Below, one piece after another: positions 39,059 through 49,354 of a stretch of 64,000 nt of DNA. Location: positions 448,001 through 512,000 of the forward strand of contig JBDRCX010000006.1 in assembly GCA_043821365.1 (NCBI GenBank), given 5' to 3'. The number at the start of each line of letters is the position of its first letter. The first letter of the stretch is position 1. A program made the translations under genes and the position numbers. The notes under the pieces are model-generated. The model worked only from the letters and a program-made list of their open reading frames with translations. It was not told the origin of the DNA and made no database searches. This stretch comes from Candidatus Micrarchaeota archaeon (GTDB taxonomy: Archaea; Micrarchaeota; Micrarchaeia; Anstonellales; Bilamarchaeaceae).

Positions 39059-40670
39059 GTGATCTCCTTTTGGTTATAATTACTATAACAATAAATAAAA
39101 ATGCCATCCCAACAACAATCGGGGCATAACATTGGCTAATTTCCTCTTCAATCTCTATTATCTTCATTTTTCCTTCCATTTCAGTTGTTATCAAATCTAA
39201 TTCTTTTGCAAGTCTTGCTGTTCTATAAGCTAGTGAAGTTTGGTTCTGTGTATAAAAGTATGCAGCATGGGATTGGTATACATTTCCCCATAATGAGTTT
39301 CTGGTTTCATTCACTATTGATAGGCTTACATTATCTAAAACATCTTCTGATTGGACAATTACAAAAACTGCGTCGTAAATTGCAGCACCATACTCACCAT
39401 CCTGGAAAGCTTCTTCTGCAATTTCAAGTCTATCTTCAAGATTGCTTTCAAGACTTTGAATGTTTGAAGCCTCATTTAGTTTTCTCTCTGCAATATCTTT
39501 CCATTCGCTTTCATCTATTTTGTTTCCACTTTCATTGGTTGAATTCAGAAGACCTTTTGCAACTTCACACCATGCTTGAGCATACATAATGTCATTATAT
39601 GCAATGTACTTTTCTTCCTCAAGAAGATTATCTATTTCTGTATTTTCTAATTTATTCTGTGCCCAGTTCTGGCGTAAATCCGCTCCAATAACCCACTGAA
39701 AATTACTATCAGTGATGGTTGGTCTTTCTATATCACCAAGACACTCACTAATATCATCAACTTTCTCATCAAGATCCACATTTCCTTCAATTGTTGCATA
39801 TATTGTCCACAAATCAATATAATTTAGGAATGCTTCATTTGCAGCTGTGAACAAATATCCTTTTTCTAAAATTGCATTTTGTCTAAGAACCTCATTTTCA
39901 AAAAAACTTTTTATGATGGCAGTTTCATTATCATTTGCAGTGATATTTGCAACAAGTTGTTCTTCAAGATCAATCATTCTTTCTGCAACTTTTTCAAATT
40001 CCTTCATATTTGAATAATTGTAATATGGTACTTCTGGTATCTCTCTTTTCTTTGATGATAATTCTACTTCTTCTATTGTTTCATTGTAAAAAACAAATCC
40101 AATAATCTCATCCATGCTTTTTGCTTGTAACACTGTCAGATTAAGTTGTTCTTTCAAATCCTTTAGTAAAAATGTTTCATAGAGGTCTTCTTCTGGTGTT
40201 ATGAAGTATTTTGCACCTATTGTGGAAGCTCCTTTTGCCTTTTCATAGAGTCCGCCTACAGCACCAACATTGCCAAATATATCTACTGTTCCTGTTATCA
40301 TTGTGTCTTCCCTAAGTTCGATATTTTTGAACAATGAATATGCCATTATGCTGAACGAAGCTCCTCCGCTTGGTCCCTCTATAAGATTTCCTCCTTTGTC
40401 TGGGAAATTAACATAAACATTACAGTTTTCGTTTGAGTTGGATGCTTTTTTTGCATAGGTGATTGCATCTTCTATTGATTTTTGTGTACTAACACCTATC
40501 TTCGGAGTTATTGTTACATAGGTGTCACCTGATCCCTGTGCAAGCGACATGGTTACCTGAACAAGGTCTCCATCGTCTCCAACAACAGCTGGTATGTAGT
40601 GTGAAACCTCCCCACTACACGATGCAAAAGCAAGTGAGAGCATCCCAATTAAAAGTAGAAAAAATCGCAT
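39012..40670 (-). CDS. Secreted/anchored S16 (Lon-like) serine protease
   Basis: Signal peptide, EGPSGG (Ser), TGTVD..GNVGAVGG..EK (Lys), C-terminal TM; no AAA domain. Confidence 0.88.
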   Translation of the reverse strand: MRFFLLLIGMLSLAFASCSGEVSHYIPAVVGDDGDLVQVTMSLAQGSGDTYVTITPKIGVSTQKSIEDAITYAKKASNSNENCNVYVNFPDKGGNLIEGPSGGASFSIMAYSLFKNIELREDTMITGTVDIFGNVGAVGGLYEKAKGASTIGAKYFITPEEDLYETFLLKDLKEQLNLTVLQAKSMDEIIGFVFYNETIEEVELSSKKREIPEVPYYNYSNMKEFEKVAERMIDLEEQLVANITANDNETAIIKSFFENEVLRQNAILEKGYLFTAANEAFLNYIDLWTIYATIEGNVDLDEKVDDISECLGDIERPTITDSNFQWVIGADLRQNWAQNKLENTEIDNLLEEEKYIAYNDIMYAQAWCEVAKGLLNSTNESGNKIDESEWKDIAERKLNEASNIQSLESNLEDRLEIAEEAFQDGEYGAAIYDAVFVIVQSEDVLDNVSLSIVNETRNSLWGNVYQSHAAYFYTQNQTSLAYRTARLAKELDLITTEMEGKMKIIEIEEEISQCYAPIVVGMAFLFIVIVIITKRRSHGTNGPRYRKTHRIK

Positions 40671-40721
40671 GTTATTTTCTTTTGGGTTATATTAATAAAT
40701 TAATCATCGTGATTATCATCT

Positions 40722-41222
40722 ATGGATAGCAGTCTTAAGAAAAAACTAATTGCCCTCCGGACCAGAATCCGCAAGCTTGACAGCGCAGTTATTGCATTTT
40801 CTGGAAGGCTTGACAGTACATTTCTTATGCGAATTTGTCGTGATGAACTTGGTGATAGGGCAGTTGCAGTTACATCTATTTCAGATGATTATCCAAGTTC
40901 AGAGTTAGTAATTGCAAAACGAATCGCAAAAATAATTGGCATAAAACACATTTTTCTTGATAATTCAGAAAGAGTATATCACAGTCCAAGAGTCTATAGT
41001 AATATGAAAAGTCTTGCAATGCGTATGCAATTTAAACATGTTGTGGACGGTTCTCATCGCGATGATGCAAAACGTCGAAATGCAAAATTCCTTGCTGCAA
41101 GAAGAGCACGAGTAAAGAGTCCGCTTCTTGAAACAAATCTTTCAAAAGCAGAAATAATGTTACTTGCAAAAGAATTGGGACTTCCTAATTTTGACAAAAA
41201 AAGAATCAAGAAAAAGAAATAG
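40722..41222 (+). CDS. Degenerate LarE/PP-loop-like protein
   Basis: VIAFSGRLDST, AVAVT, VVDGSHRDD, SPLLETNLSKAEI, LGLPNFDK. Confidence 0.75.
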   Translation: MDSSLKKKLIALRTRIRKLDSAVIAFSGRLDSTFLMRICRDELGDRAVAVTSISDDYPSSELVIAKRIAKIIGIKHIFLDNSERVYHSPRVYSNMKSLAMRMQFKHVVDGSHRDDAKRRNAKFLAARRARVKSPLLETNLSKAEIMLLAKELGLPNFDKKRIKKKK

Positions 41223-41813
41223 TTATTCCTTAGGGATATTTTTTTCTGGTTTGCCAAGTTTTTTGAATGCCATAATGCCTTTTTCTGTTCTTGAGAACTG
41301 GTAGTTTTCAGATAGGTATAATTTTTCTAATTGGCTTCCTGTTTCTGTTATATAATCAGCAATGTTACCTTTTGGTATGTCCTCATATAAATATCCCATG
41401 ACATATTCGTGTCCTGAAGCAGAAGCTTCTTTTTCTCTTTCTATGAGAAGAATTCTTCTTACTCCTCTTCCTTCATATGCTAACAATACTGCAGGGTCTT
41501 CAAGATAAAGTGCATTTGGCTGGTTGTTTGTTATCTTCATTTCCTTTACATCTAAGTAAGCTGGCCAGCTTAGCCCAACCCCTATAATCATACGATTTAC
41601 TGTTGCTCCAAAACTCTTCCCATATTGTAAGATATTCCCAACTTCAGCTTCTGTTACATCAAAAGCACATTTTCTCATTATTTTTACACTTTCTTCAACA
41701 TCATCCATGGTAAGCCTTTTTACCTCTATCTCATCCTCAGACATGAGGTTAATGAATCTTTTTTTAGGAGCTTCAATCTCCTTTTTTTTATCTGCCTGTT
41801 TGAATGATTCCAT
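41223..41813 (-). CDS. GNAT-fold acetyltransferase-like protein
   Basis: LYLEDPAVLLAYEGRGVRRILL resembles GNAT motif A. Confidence 0.6.
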   Translation of the reverse strand: MESFKQADKKKEIEAPKKRFINLMSEDEIEVKRLTMDDVEESVKIMRKCAFDVTEAEVGNILQYGKSFGATVNRMIIGVGLSWPAYLDVKEMKITNNQPNALYLEDPAVLLAYEGRGVRRILLIEREKEASASGHEYVMGYLYEDIPKGNIADYITETGSQLEKLYLSENYQFSRTEKGIMAFKKLGKPEKNIPKE

Positions 41814-41876
41814 TTTTTATCCCTTGTTTTTGTTTGTTGAAATTCGCTTTTGGTTGTTGATCTGGCCATGGGCCAG

Positions 41877-41912
41877 ATGGGGTTCGAGGGGCTACAGCCC
41901 CTCAAAGAACCA
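41877..41912. repeat. Dispersed palindromic element, copy 1
   Basis: atggggttcgagggg-ctacag-cccctcaaagaacca; near-identical to 61167-61204. Confidence 0.8.
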
Positions 41913-41925
41913 AAAACAAACAAAA

Positions 41926-42231
41926 CTACATGAACTTTGCTTTGCACACTGGGCATTGAGTGTACATACAGTCCATTCTATACCCACAAATAGGACATAC
42001 ATAGGAAGTTTTATTAGCTCTTTCTAATTCAGCTTCAAAGTCGTAAAAGCATTTTACACATTTCTTAATGCTAAGTTCATTAAGTGCTTCACAATGTGGA
42101 CATCTTCTTCTAAACATACTTGATATTCTTACACCGCATTTTGGGCATCTTTCCATTTTTAGATTTATGTTCTCTCCGCAATTAGGACAATTATCCCCTG
42201 GTTTTTTCTTTCCTTTAAAAAAATCAAACAT
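41926..42231 (-). CDS. Multi zinc-ribbon protein (six CxxC)
   Basis: CPNC, CPKC, CPHC, CVKC, CPIC, CPVC; starts 6 nt after the stop of the 1326-aa gene. Confidence 0.85.
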   Translation of the reverse strand: MFDFFKGKKKPGDNCPNCGENINLKMERCPKCGVRISSMFRRRCPHCEALNELSIKKCVKCFYDFEAELERANKTSYVCPICGYRMDCMYTQCPVCKAKFM

Positions 42232-42237
42232 TAAACA

Positions 42238-45200
42238 TCACGGTATGATAGTGCAGTTGATATCATAATTTCTTAACGGCATTATGCTCCTACCGCAGAA
42301 TTCAGTTGTATCCCCTAATTCATCTGCTATTGATCCAAAGCCGCAATCAGCATCAATATATCCAAGTTTTGAAAATACTAGTGGTTTGTTTAGAGGCGTC
42401 TGCAATGGTGTTCTCACATAAGTGTATTTTGTACTTGTACCTGTTATTGCATCTTCTATTTCAAGACAGCATTTATCTGGCTTCCCAAAGCCAGCCATCA
42501 CATCCATGTACAAGTCTGAGTCTATGTCGTCCATATCACCTGCTATAGTGTCTGTACTTCCATTCTGGAATGTTCTTGTACACTCATAAGTTCCTGATGT
42601 TTGATTACACTCATTACATCCTGCTATAGTTACCCCACCGGGTGGACATCTGAAGTTTACAATGTTTGGGTTGAAATATGGGCTTACTTCTGATGCCGTT
42701 GGATCAGCAGCTGGTAGATTACAATGTGATCCATCATCACATTCGTCTGTTCCACATAAACCTTGTGCAACATCTAATCCAGTACAAAGTGTACAATTAA
42801 CAGAAGCCTCTGCAAATTTCCTTTCAAGTACGGCGCTTGGAGGAGTAGAGGACATAAGTTGGAATGCAGTTTGCAATGCACAGAATTTTTCATCTTTTGT
42901 TCCAACCACCAAACCATCTGCTCCACTGGCAGAAGTTGTTACAAATGCCGAACTACCCGATCCTCTTACTGGACTGAAAATTATCCCCATTAATCCAGAT
43001 TTAACGAAAGTTCCTTGTTTGTTTGCTATTGCCTTAAGAAGTTCTTCGTAATTATTATCATTCCAATAGGCATTATTCGGTGCACTTAATCCAACTAGCA
43101 TAGTTGGTTTGTTTATTCTGGTGGCATTGAGTGCTGTCTGAGCATAGGATGAAATTTCATCAATTATCTGCTCCGAATTTTTATTAGGGACAGTATAATC
43201 AAAAGTAACAAGATCTATTCTGGTGCTTAATGATGGGTCATTTCCAAGGATCCCATCAATGATATCTCTGAAATTAGTCACACTGTTTGGATCAGATACA
43301 TGGAAAGCAACTAGACAACCATAACATTTGTCCTTCATTATAACTGCTCTCTCATCAATTGCAACTGCTTTAGCTGCCAATGCAGAAGTTGAGTAAGTGG
43401 AACTTCCATCTACTTCATATATTATTACTACTGCTGCACCCATACCACCTATTAATGGTTCAAAGTCATACTTACTATATTGACTTGGGGGGCTACTATC
43501 TGTTCCCCAGAAATCGCTCCAACCACTAACATCGTGGTGTTGCGGGTTGGTAAGATCCCATATGTTAGCATCACTCATCTCCAATACTGGCATTATCCCT
43601 GCTTTCATATAGTCACCAAGTCTTTCCTTCATTATGCTTGCATCTGGTATTGTTCTTGGGGCTCCCATTATACCGGGTGAATATCCATTGTAGTCACTCA
43701 TATCAGGTATATCTTCGTTATAGCATGTTGCATACTCATCCATTGTCGTATGCCAGAAATTGTAATCTGCTTCGATTTCACATATTCTTTCTGTGATCAT
43801 TTGAGATGTTGGATCAACATCTAGTTCATGGGTGACAGTTGGGAGATAAACATTATCATAGTTGTATATTTTTTGATATGCAAGTGTTGATGTTGTGCAT
43901 GGTTCACACCATCCTAATTCTCTTACAACTGGTTTGAACTCATCATCAAGTTTGCACGCGCTTCCAAATGTAGTTCCGTTGTGTTTGAACAAATATACAT
44001 AGTTGCTGAATGCAACATAATAAGCAGGTCTTCCACCGTACATTGATGGACCATAAGAATAATAGTCATATGCACGGTCCAAATATTCGTATTCTATTTG
44101 TTCCAATGTACATGCATCTGTTCCTCTGGTGGTAACCATCGGCTCGTTGAATATATTCCTTTTTCTGAATGCTTGTGCTGCAGATGAACTTAGGAGTTTT
44201 TTTGTGGAACTTGAATAATAGAGCCAATCTCCATCTCCACCATCTTCCCAATTTCCACTACCCATAAACAATTGTTCGTAATAAACTATCCATGGTATCG
44301 AGGTCAAAATTACGTCTGCAGGTATGACTTCCTCATTGCAGTCAGTGGCTGCTTTTGCTTTGAGTGCATTTATCCGTTCTGTGAAATATGGTTTAAATGC
44401 ATCCATGAGTTCCTGCCATTCAGAATCATCTATATCGTCTAAGCTGATTCGGATAAAGTCATCTGTTTCAACTCCACTTGTAACATTTACACCACAATGG
44501 TCAACAATAAACATGTCTTCGAAATCGCCTGGTATTGAAAGAGCATAACCAATAATTTCATTTCCTCTGAACTGAACTGTACCTGCATCCATCGAACCAA
44601 AAAACACAGCACCGCCTATTGGAGGTCCAGTTGCACTTTCTGTAATATCTGGATCCCATAACTCTCTGCTACAAGTATCAGCACTATAGTCATCTCTACA
44701 GTCCCAATAACTATCATAGCCCCAATAATCCCACCAATAAATCCTTGGAAATTCTATGCTTGACGGTGAGTTAATCATGTATTCATATGGGTAGTAACTG
44801 TATCGCCGTACATCATCATCCATATCATTAAAAGCATCATGAAATGTAAGGCTAAAGTTCCCCCACCATCCCCATAGTTTTTCTTTCCATGCATCATCTA
44901 TATCGCTATAATCAACATCGTCCAGTATGTGGTCACCAACAACTGCATTCATACTACCATTGACCTCAAAATACCCATATCTTACTGCTACCTCAGCATA
45001 GTCAAATGTTGGAGGGTTGTTTCCATTTAATGTCACATCCATAGTTGGATAACAAAATACTTTTTCCTGATCATTTTCATCTTTTGCAGCCACGCAATCA
45101 GTGACAATTTCGATTTCAGTATCTCCTACCTCCTGTATCATCACACCTCTATTGTAAACTGTATTGTCACATTTTCCTGAATAACACTCTGTTTTATCAA

Positions 45201-46218
45201 GTCTACATTCAAATGGCGCTCTTCCCTCTCCAGGCACAAGCCCATAAATCGATTCTGCATGTGCAATAGTCAGTTGTCTTTTGTAAAATCCTTCATCTAT
45301 TTTTTTGAATAATCTTAAGTACTCAGCATCATCATAGTAATATCCTTCATAATATCCTGACCAATCAGCAAAAAATCCATGTCGTAGATTCCTTGCAAAT
45401 TTGTAATTAGCACTATCAGCAACCACAGTTCCTGGGAGTGTATTATCTATGCTACTAGTCCAACCCGGAATTGTTATGGTTGATTCATCATAACTAACTG
45501 GTTCTGGTGGATCACTATCCATAACACAATTCTCAGTTATGTCATCTGCTGGATTGTCAAAATCTTGAAGTGTAGTAGGATTGATGTAATTCATATAACG
45601 ATCAACCTTAGTATCACCAGTCATGGTCATTGTTAATGCACAATATTTGTCAGATACTGGAAGCAGATATCTATATTGATCAAATTCATCAAATGATGCA
45701 CCTGCACCCATCCTAAATACATTTACTACTCCCTTTGATGATTTTATTATTTTTCCAAATTTTTCATCAAATGGTATGAATCTGCAATTTGCTTTGTAAA
45801 AATTCATAATTGCCGATGCTGATTCTGCCGGGGGGTCACCCTCTGCATCCTCTGCAGGGTTTGCATATCCTGGTGCAGGAGTTGGGTTAAATATGAAAGC
45901 ACCACAAACCATTGCAGTACAATTTGGATTTGTACATGGATTTTCAAAATCCTGTGAACAGATTGGTGTTAGTCTTGTTATTCCATCATCATATGTTGCA
46001 TTACATCCCGTTTGTGGATCGCATGTACCAACTATCGGGAGTTCTCCTCCATTGGGATCTATACCGTTTACTGCATTAAGTGGATAATATAATTTACATA
46101 CACTTGGAACATCACTTCCTTGTTCTCTCATACAACACCCAACTTGCGGTATCTCTTCTATACAACCAAACGCAATTATTGTGAAAACTAAAATCAAGAT
46201 AATTTTTCTATCCATCAA
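42238..46218 (-). CDS. Giant Cys/Asp/Tyr-rich extracellular protein, putative lipoprotein
   Basis: 1326 aa; N-terminus RKIILILVFTIIAFG-C resembles a lipobox; many Cys; no other long TM seen. Confidence 0.85.
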   Translation of the reverse strand: MMDRKIILILVFTIIAFGCIEEIPQVGCCMREQGSDVPSVCKLYYPLNAVNGIDPNGGELPIVGTCDPQTGCNATYDDGITRLTPICSQDFENPCTNPNCTAMVCGAFIFNPTPAPGYANPAEDAEGDPPAESASAIMNFYKANCRFIPFDEKFGKIIKSSKGVVNVFRMGAGASFDEFDQYRYLLPVSDKYCALTMTMTGDTKVDRYMNYINPTTLQDFDNPADDITENCVMDSDPPEPVSYDESTITIPGWTSSIDNTLPGTVVADSANYKFARNLRHGFFADWSGYYEGYYYDDAEYLRLFKKIDEGFYKRQLTIAHAESIYGLVPGEGRAPFECRLDKTECYSGKCDNTVYNRGVMIQEVGDTEIEIVTDCVAAKDENDQEKVFCYPTMDVTLNGNNPPTFDYAEVAVRYGYFEVNGSMNAVVGDHILDDVDYSDIDDAWKEKLWGWWGNFSLTFHDAFNDMDDDVRRYSYYPYEYMINSPSSIEFPRIYWWDYWGYDSYWDCRDDYSADTCSRELWDPDITESATGPPIGGAVFFGSMDAGTVQFRGNEIIGYALSIPGDFEDMFIVDHCGVNVTSGVETDDFIRISLDDIDDSEWQELMDAFKPYFTERINALKAKAATDCNEEVIPADVILTSIPWIVYYEQLFMGSGNWEDGGDGDWLYYSSSTKKLLSSSAAQAFRKRNIFNEPMVTTRGTDACTLEQIEYEYLDRAYDYYSYGPSMYGGRPAYYVAFSNYVYLFKHNGTTFGSACKLDDEFKPVVRELGWCEPCTTSTLAYQKIYNYDNVYLPTVTHELDVDPTSQMITERICEIEADYNFWHTTMDEYATCYNEDIPDMSDYNGYSPGIMGAPRTIPDASIMKERLGDYMKAGIMPVLEMSDANIWDLTNPQHHDVSGWSDFWGTDSSPPSQYSKYDFEPLIGGMGAAVVIIYEVDGSSTYSTSALAAKAVAIDERAVIMKDKCYGCLVAFHVSDPNSVTNFRDIIDGILGNDPSLSTRIDLVTFDYTVPNKNSEQIIDEISSYAQTALNATRINKPTMLVGLSAPNNAYWNDNNYEELLKAIANKQGTFVKSGLMGIIFSPVRGSGSSAFVTTSASGADGLVVGTKDEKFCALQTAFQLMSSTPPSAVLERKFAEASVNCTLCTGLDVAQGLCGTDECDDGSHCNLPAADPTASEVSPYFNPNIVNFRCPPGGVTIAGCNECNQTSGTYECTRTFQNGSTDTIAGDMDDIDSDLYMDVMAGFGKPDKCCLEIEDAITGTSTKYTYVRTPLQTPLNKPLVFSKLGYIDADCGFGSIADELGDTTEFCGRSIMPLRNYDINCTIIP

Positions 46219-47270
46219 ATCACTTTACTAAACATTTTTGTCAGATCTGTTGAATCTGCTCCAAGTACAGTCATTATATACCTAACAAATACCATAGTTA
46301 GGAAAAATGCAATCAATGGGTGGAGTATGAGTTGCGAATAAACTTTAGATAATTCGCTTTTTACATCTCCAAGTGCTAGTCCGCTCGATCCTCCTTCACC
46401 ACTATTCATACTAGTAAGAACTGAAACGGCGGTACTCATAGTAGGGTAACAATATTGGTCCTGTACTGTTTGTGTGTTTTCAATTGGCGGAGGGGCAGGA
46501 ACAAAACTAGGATCAAGAAGAACATAGAAAACTGGAAAAATGTAATAAAATCCAATTCCTATGGACATCATAAGTGCTCCTGCTCCGCGAGTAAAGTAAA
46601 AACTTCTTAGTAAAAGACCAAGTGGAATAAACACCCCTAGCATGTTATTCTGAATGTAACGAATGAGTTCCGCTTGTGCATTTAATGTTATCAGCATATT
46701 TGTTAAGAGATTATTTGCTATTCTAAGTCTCTCTGCACGTTGATAATATGATGTAACCCAACCTCCCTGGAAAAATGTAATTCCCAAGGCACTAAGTTGA
46801 AGATCAAGTAAGAAAAATGTGTTGTATGTTTCTGATCCTGCACTCCCATCAAGTATGCCTTCCTGTGCTTCTGCAAGTGCCAATGCCTTTTCCTGGATTT
46901 TGCACCGAATTCCATCATATGCTTGATCCATCACGGTGTTACTAGTGTCTGTGGCAGTATTCTCAATATTTATCGATTCGCCTCTACAGTTAATCGTTCC
47001 GTGTATAGTGTTCCCTGCCACTTCCAGGGCACCGCCTAGTATCAACAAGAAAAAAATCGCCATGAATCCGTTTGCAGCTGATTGTAACAATTCTGATTTT
47101 GCATAGTTTTCAAGTTCTCTTATGCTAAAAGCACGTGCAATCATCAACAGTATGTTGTAAATAGCTATAGAGGTCATGACTGCAAGTAAACATAGGAAAA
47201 TCCAATGGCTCTGCCAATTGGTAAGAATATCCACCAATAATACTGGATTTGTTATGTTCGCAACCATCAC
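46215..47270 (-). CDS. CedA/VirB6-like multi-pass membrane protein, paralog 6
   Basis: ELENYAKSELLQ; FIPLGLLLRSFYFTRGAGALMMSIGIGFYYIFP; LGADSTDL. Confidence 0.7.
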   Translation of the reverse strand: MMVANITNPVLLVDILTNWQSHWIFLCLLAVMTSIAIYNILLMIARAFSIRELENYAKSELLQSAANGFMAIFFLLILGGALEVAGNTIHGTINCRGESINIENTATDTSNTVMDQAYDGIRCKIQEKALALAEAQEGILDGSAGSETYNTFFLLDLQLSALGITFFQGGWVTSYYQRAERLRIANNLLTNMLITLNAQAELIRYIQNNMLGVFIPLGLLLRSFYFTRGAGALMMSIGIGFYYIFPVFYVLLDPSFVPAPPPIENTQTVQDQYCYPTMSTAVSVLTSMNSGEGGSSGLALGDVKSELSKVYSQLILHPLIAFFLTMVFVRYIMTVLGADSTDLTKMFSKVI

Positions 47271-47317
47271 TACACCACATCGAAATTATATTTCGATTTA
47301 ATAAAATATTTCATATT

Positions 47318-48397
47318 TTATACCATCTGTACTATTTTACTTAAATCTATTTCATCACCGTATAATCTTGATAAGTATGAAACACTTGCTATTGTTGCAA
47401 GCAATGCAACTGTCGGGAAAAATCCTCCTCCAATGTAAGCATGCGCAGCATATTCCAATGCATATGGTATGTCTCCCAGGCGTTCATCATTACATGGTTC
47501 TGCATATGAATTATCTATGGCTAAATAGGCACATTTTACCGGGTCTTCACCCCATGTGCTCATGGCAAAGAATTCACCGTCTGATCTTTCAAGTGCGGCT
47601 TCGCCTTCATGGAATTCAGCAGCTCCGATTCCACTTGGTTCTTCAAAAAGCACATCTCCCATCAAATAAAATACGGCAAGGACTGTTGGATAGACAATCA
47701 TAAATGCCATAGAAACTGATATCAAAACTGCTCCAAGATTTCTCATATATGGAATACACCTTACAAATATTCCAACAGGTAAGAAAACAAATGCAAATCC
47801 TTTGTATACAAATATCAGAATAAAAAGATAACTAAGCTCAGTGAAATATGTTATTACTAGTCCATTATATGCAACGTTTAGGGCAGCCATACCTGCTCCA
47901 TATCCACCATATGGTTGCATATTCTGTCCACCCCAACCAAACCAACAACCAAGCCCAACTCGGCCTATTGAGAAGTCACATATAAATCCACTATAATATG
48001 ATAGCACTGTGTATGCTTCAAGCTGATATCTGCTTACAACCATTGCATCATGAGTGAACTCAAGTCCATCACGTAAGAAATATCCCGCAGCTTCAAATAT
48101 GTTTGCACTTGGTATCCCAGTTACATCAACTACGCCTGCAATTTCAGATATGTCAATGCTGCAAAATGACGATACTGTTAGTGTAATCACTGCTATTGTA
48201 GCTATTGAAATTCCAAGTTGGATAATCTCTGTTTTTGCCCAAAGAGATAATTTTGGATTTGAAAGAGCTTTGCTTGCCATATAACTTAATGCTATCAAAA
48301 TCGCAGTTGTGACTGCTGCCAAACCAACAAGTGGAAATATTGTGGTGTCCATGAAAGTTGTAAACGGTCCGCCACACATCAGTTGGGTATCCATCAT
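47318..48397 (-). CDS. CedA/VirB6-like membrane protein, paralog 5
   Basis: PKLSLWAKTEIIQ; FLPVGIFVRCIPYMRNLGAVLISVSMAFMIVYP; YGDEIDL. Confidence 0.7.
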   Translation of the reverse strand: MMDTQLMCGGPFTTFMDTTIFPLVGLAAVTTAILIALSYMASKALSNPKLSLWAKTEIIQLGISIATIAVITLTVSSFCSIDISEIAGVVDVTGIPSANIFEAAGYFLRDGLEFTHDAMVVSRYQLEAYTVLSYYSGFICDFSIGRVGLGCWFGWGGQNMQPYGGYGAGMAALNVAYNGLVITYFTELSYLFILIFVYKGFAFVFLPVGIFVRCIPYMRNLGAVLISVSMAFMIVYPTVLAVFYLMGDVLFEEPSGIGAAEFHEGEAALERSDGEFFAMSTWGEDPVKCAYLAIDNSYAEPCNDERLGDIPYALEYAAHAYIGGGFFPTVALLATIASVSYLSRLYGDEIDLSKIVQMV

Positions 48398-49353
48398 GTA
48401 AACCTCGCAATTGCACTTACATCTACTTCAGCACCCATAAGCGAACTCAATCCTCTGATTGTACCTGCGACTATCAACAATGCTATCACAGGTCCAAGTG
48501 TTGCTCTAAGTAGAATTGATTTTAAGTAGGCCTTTATCCCAGTCCTTATATCCATATACGAACTTTTTGCTTTGTTATCATTACTTCCCCATGGATCATC
48601 TGCATCGCAAGTTGTTAAACTTCCAGGGCTTCCACTATAAGCTCCTGCAGCTGCTGAACCATCAAATGTTTCTGCTAACATCTCATTGAATATAATCCCC
48701 AATGGAAGCATTATATGAAGTGAAATTGCAAGTGCAATGAAAAATCCACCTGCACCTCTTGTCAGTTTAAATGTTCTTAATAAAATTCCAATCGGAAGCA
48801 AAACTTTGAGTGCATATTCTCCTGCTATTGTAACTAATTTTTCCATTCCACTAACTTCAGCATATGCAAATCCAATAATCCCACCTGCCATACCCAGAGG
48901 TGGATTAAGCATGCTATAAGCACCACAACTGCTTACAGAGTAACCCATACCAAATAAACTACACTGGAATGCTTTTGATGCTTCACGTGATGCTGATGAA
49001 TCCAAACTAGTTACGGTGTTAAGCATCGTTTTTGCATCACTACTCCAACTTGCTAATATCACTTCTGCTTTGTCTTGTATATTGCCGCTTCCGCCGGTGA
49101 ATGCACCATTTTCTGAAATTCCATCAAGAATATTTACTGATCCATAGAAAACTGCAATCATCACAAGAAGTACAAGAAGTTGGAAGAACTCTTCCTTTGC
49201 TATCATCTTTAGTTCGTTTATGTCCATACCAAAGCCAACTGCATAAACCATCGCTAGTAATGTTGCTGCGGTGAATATTGCAAGTGCTGCTGTTGTTTGC
49301 CATGCAGCAAAAGCCAAAGGCACAAACAAAAGTAAAAGAAGCAGTTTCTTCAT
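48394..49353 (-). CDS. CedA/VirB6-like membrane protein, paralog 4
   Basis: ELKMIAKEEFFQ; LLPIGILLRTFKLTRGAGGFFIALAISLHIMLP; MGAEVDV. Confidence 0.7.
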   Translation of the reverse strand: MKKLLLLLLFVPLAFAAWQTTAALAIFTAATLLAMVYAVGFGMDINELKMIAKEEFFQLLVLLVMIAVFYGSVNILDGISENGAFTGGSGNIQDKAEVILASWSSDAKTMLNTVTSLDSSASREASKAFQCSLFGMGYSVSSCGAYSMLNPPLGMAGGIIGFAYAEVSGMEKLVTIAGEYALKVLLPIGILLRTFKLTRGAGGFFIALAISLHIMLPLGIIFNEMLAETFDGSAAAGAYSGSPGSLTTCDADDPWGSNDNKAKSSYMDIRTGIKAYLKSILLRATLGPVIALLIVAGTIRGLSSLMGAEVDVSAIARFT

Positions 49354-49354
49354 G

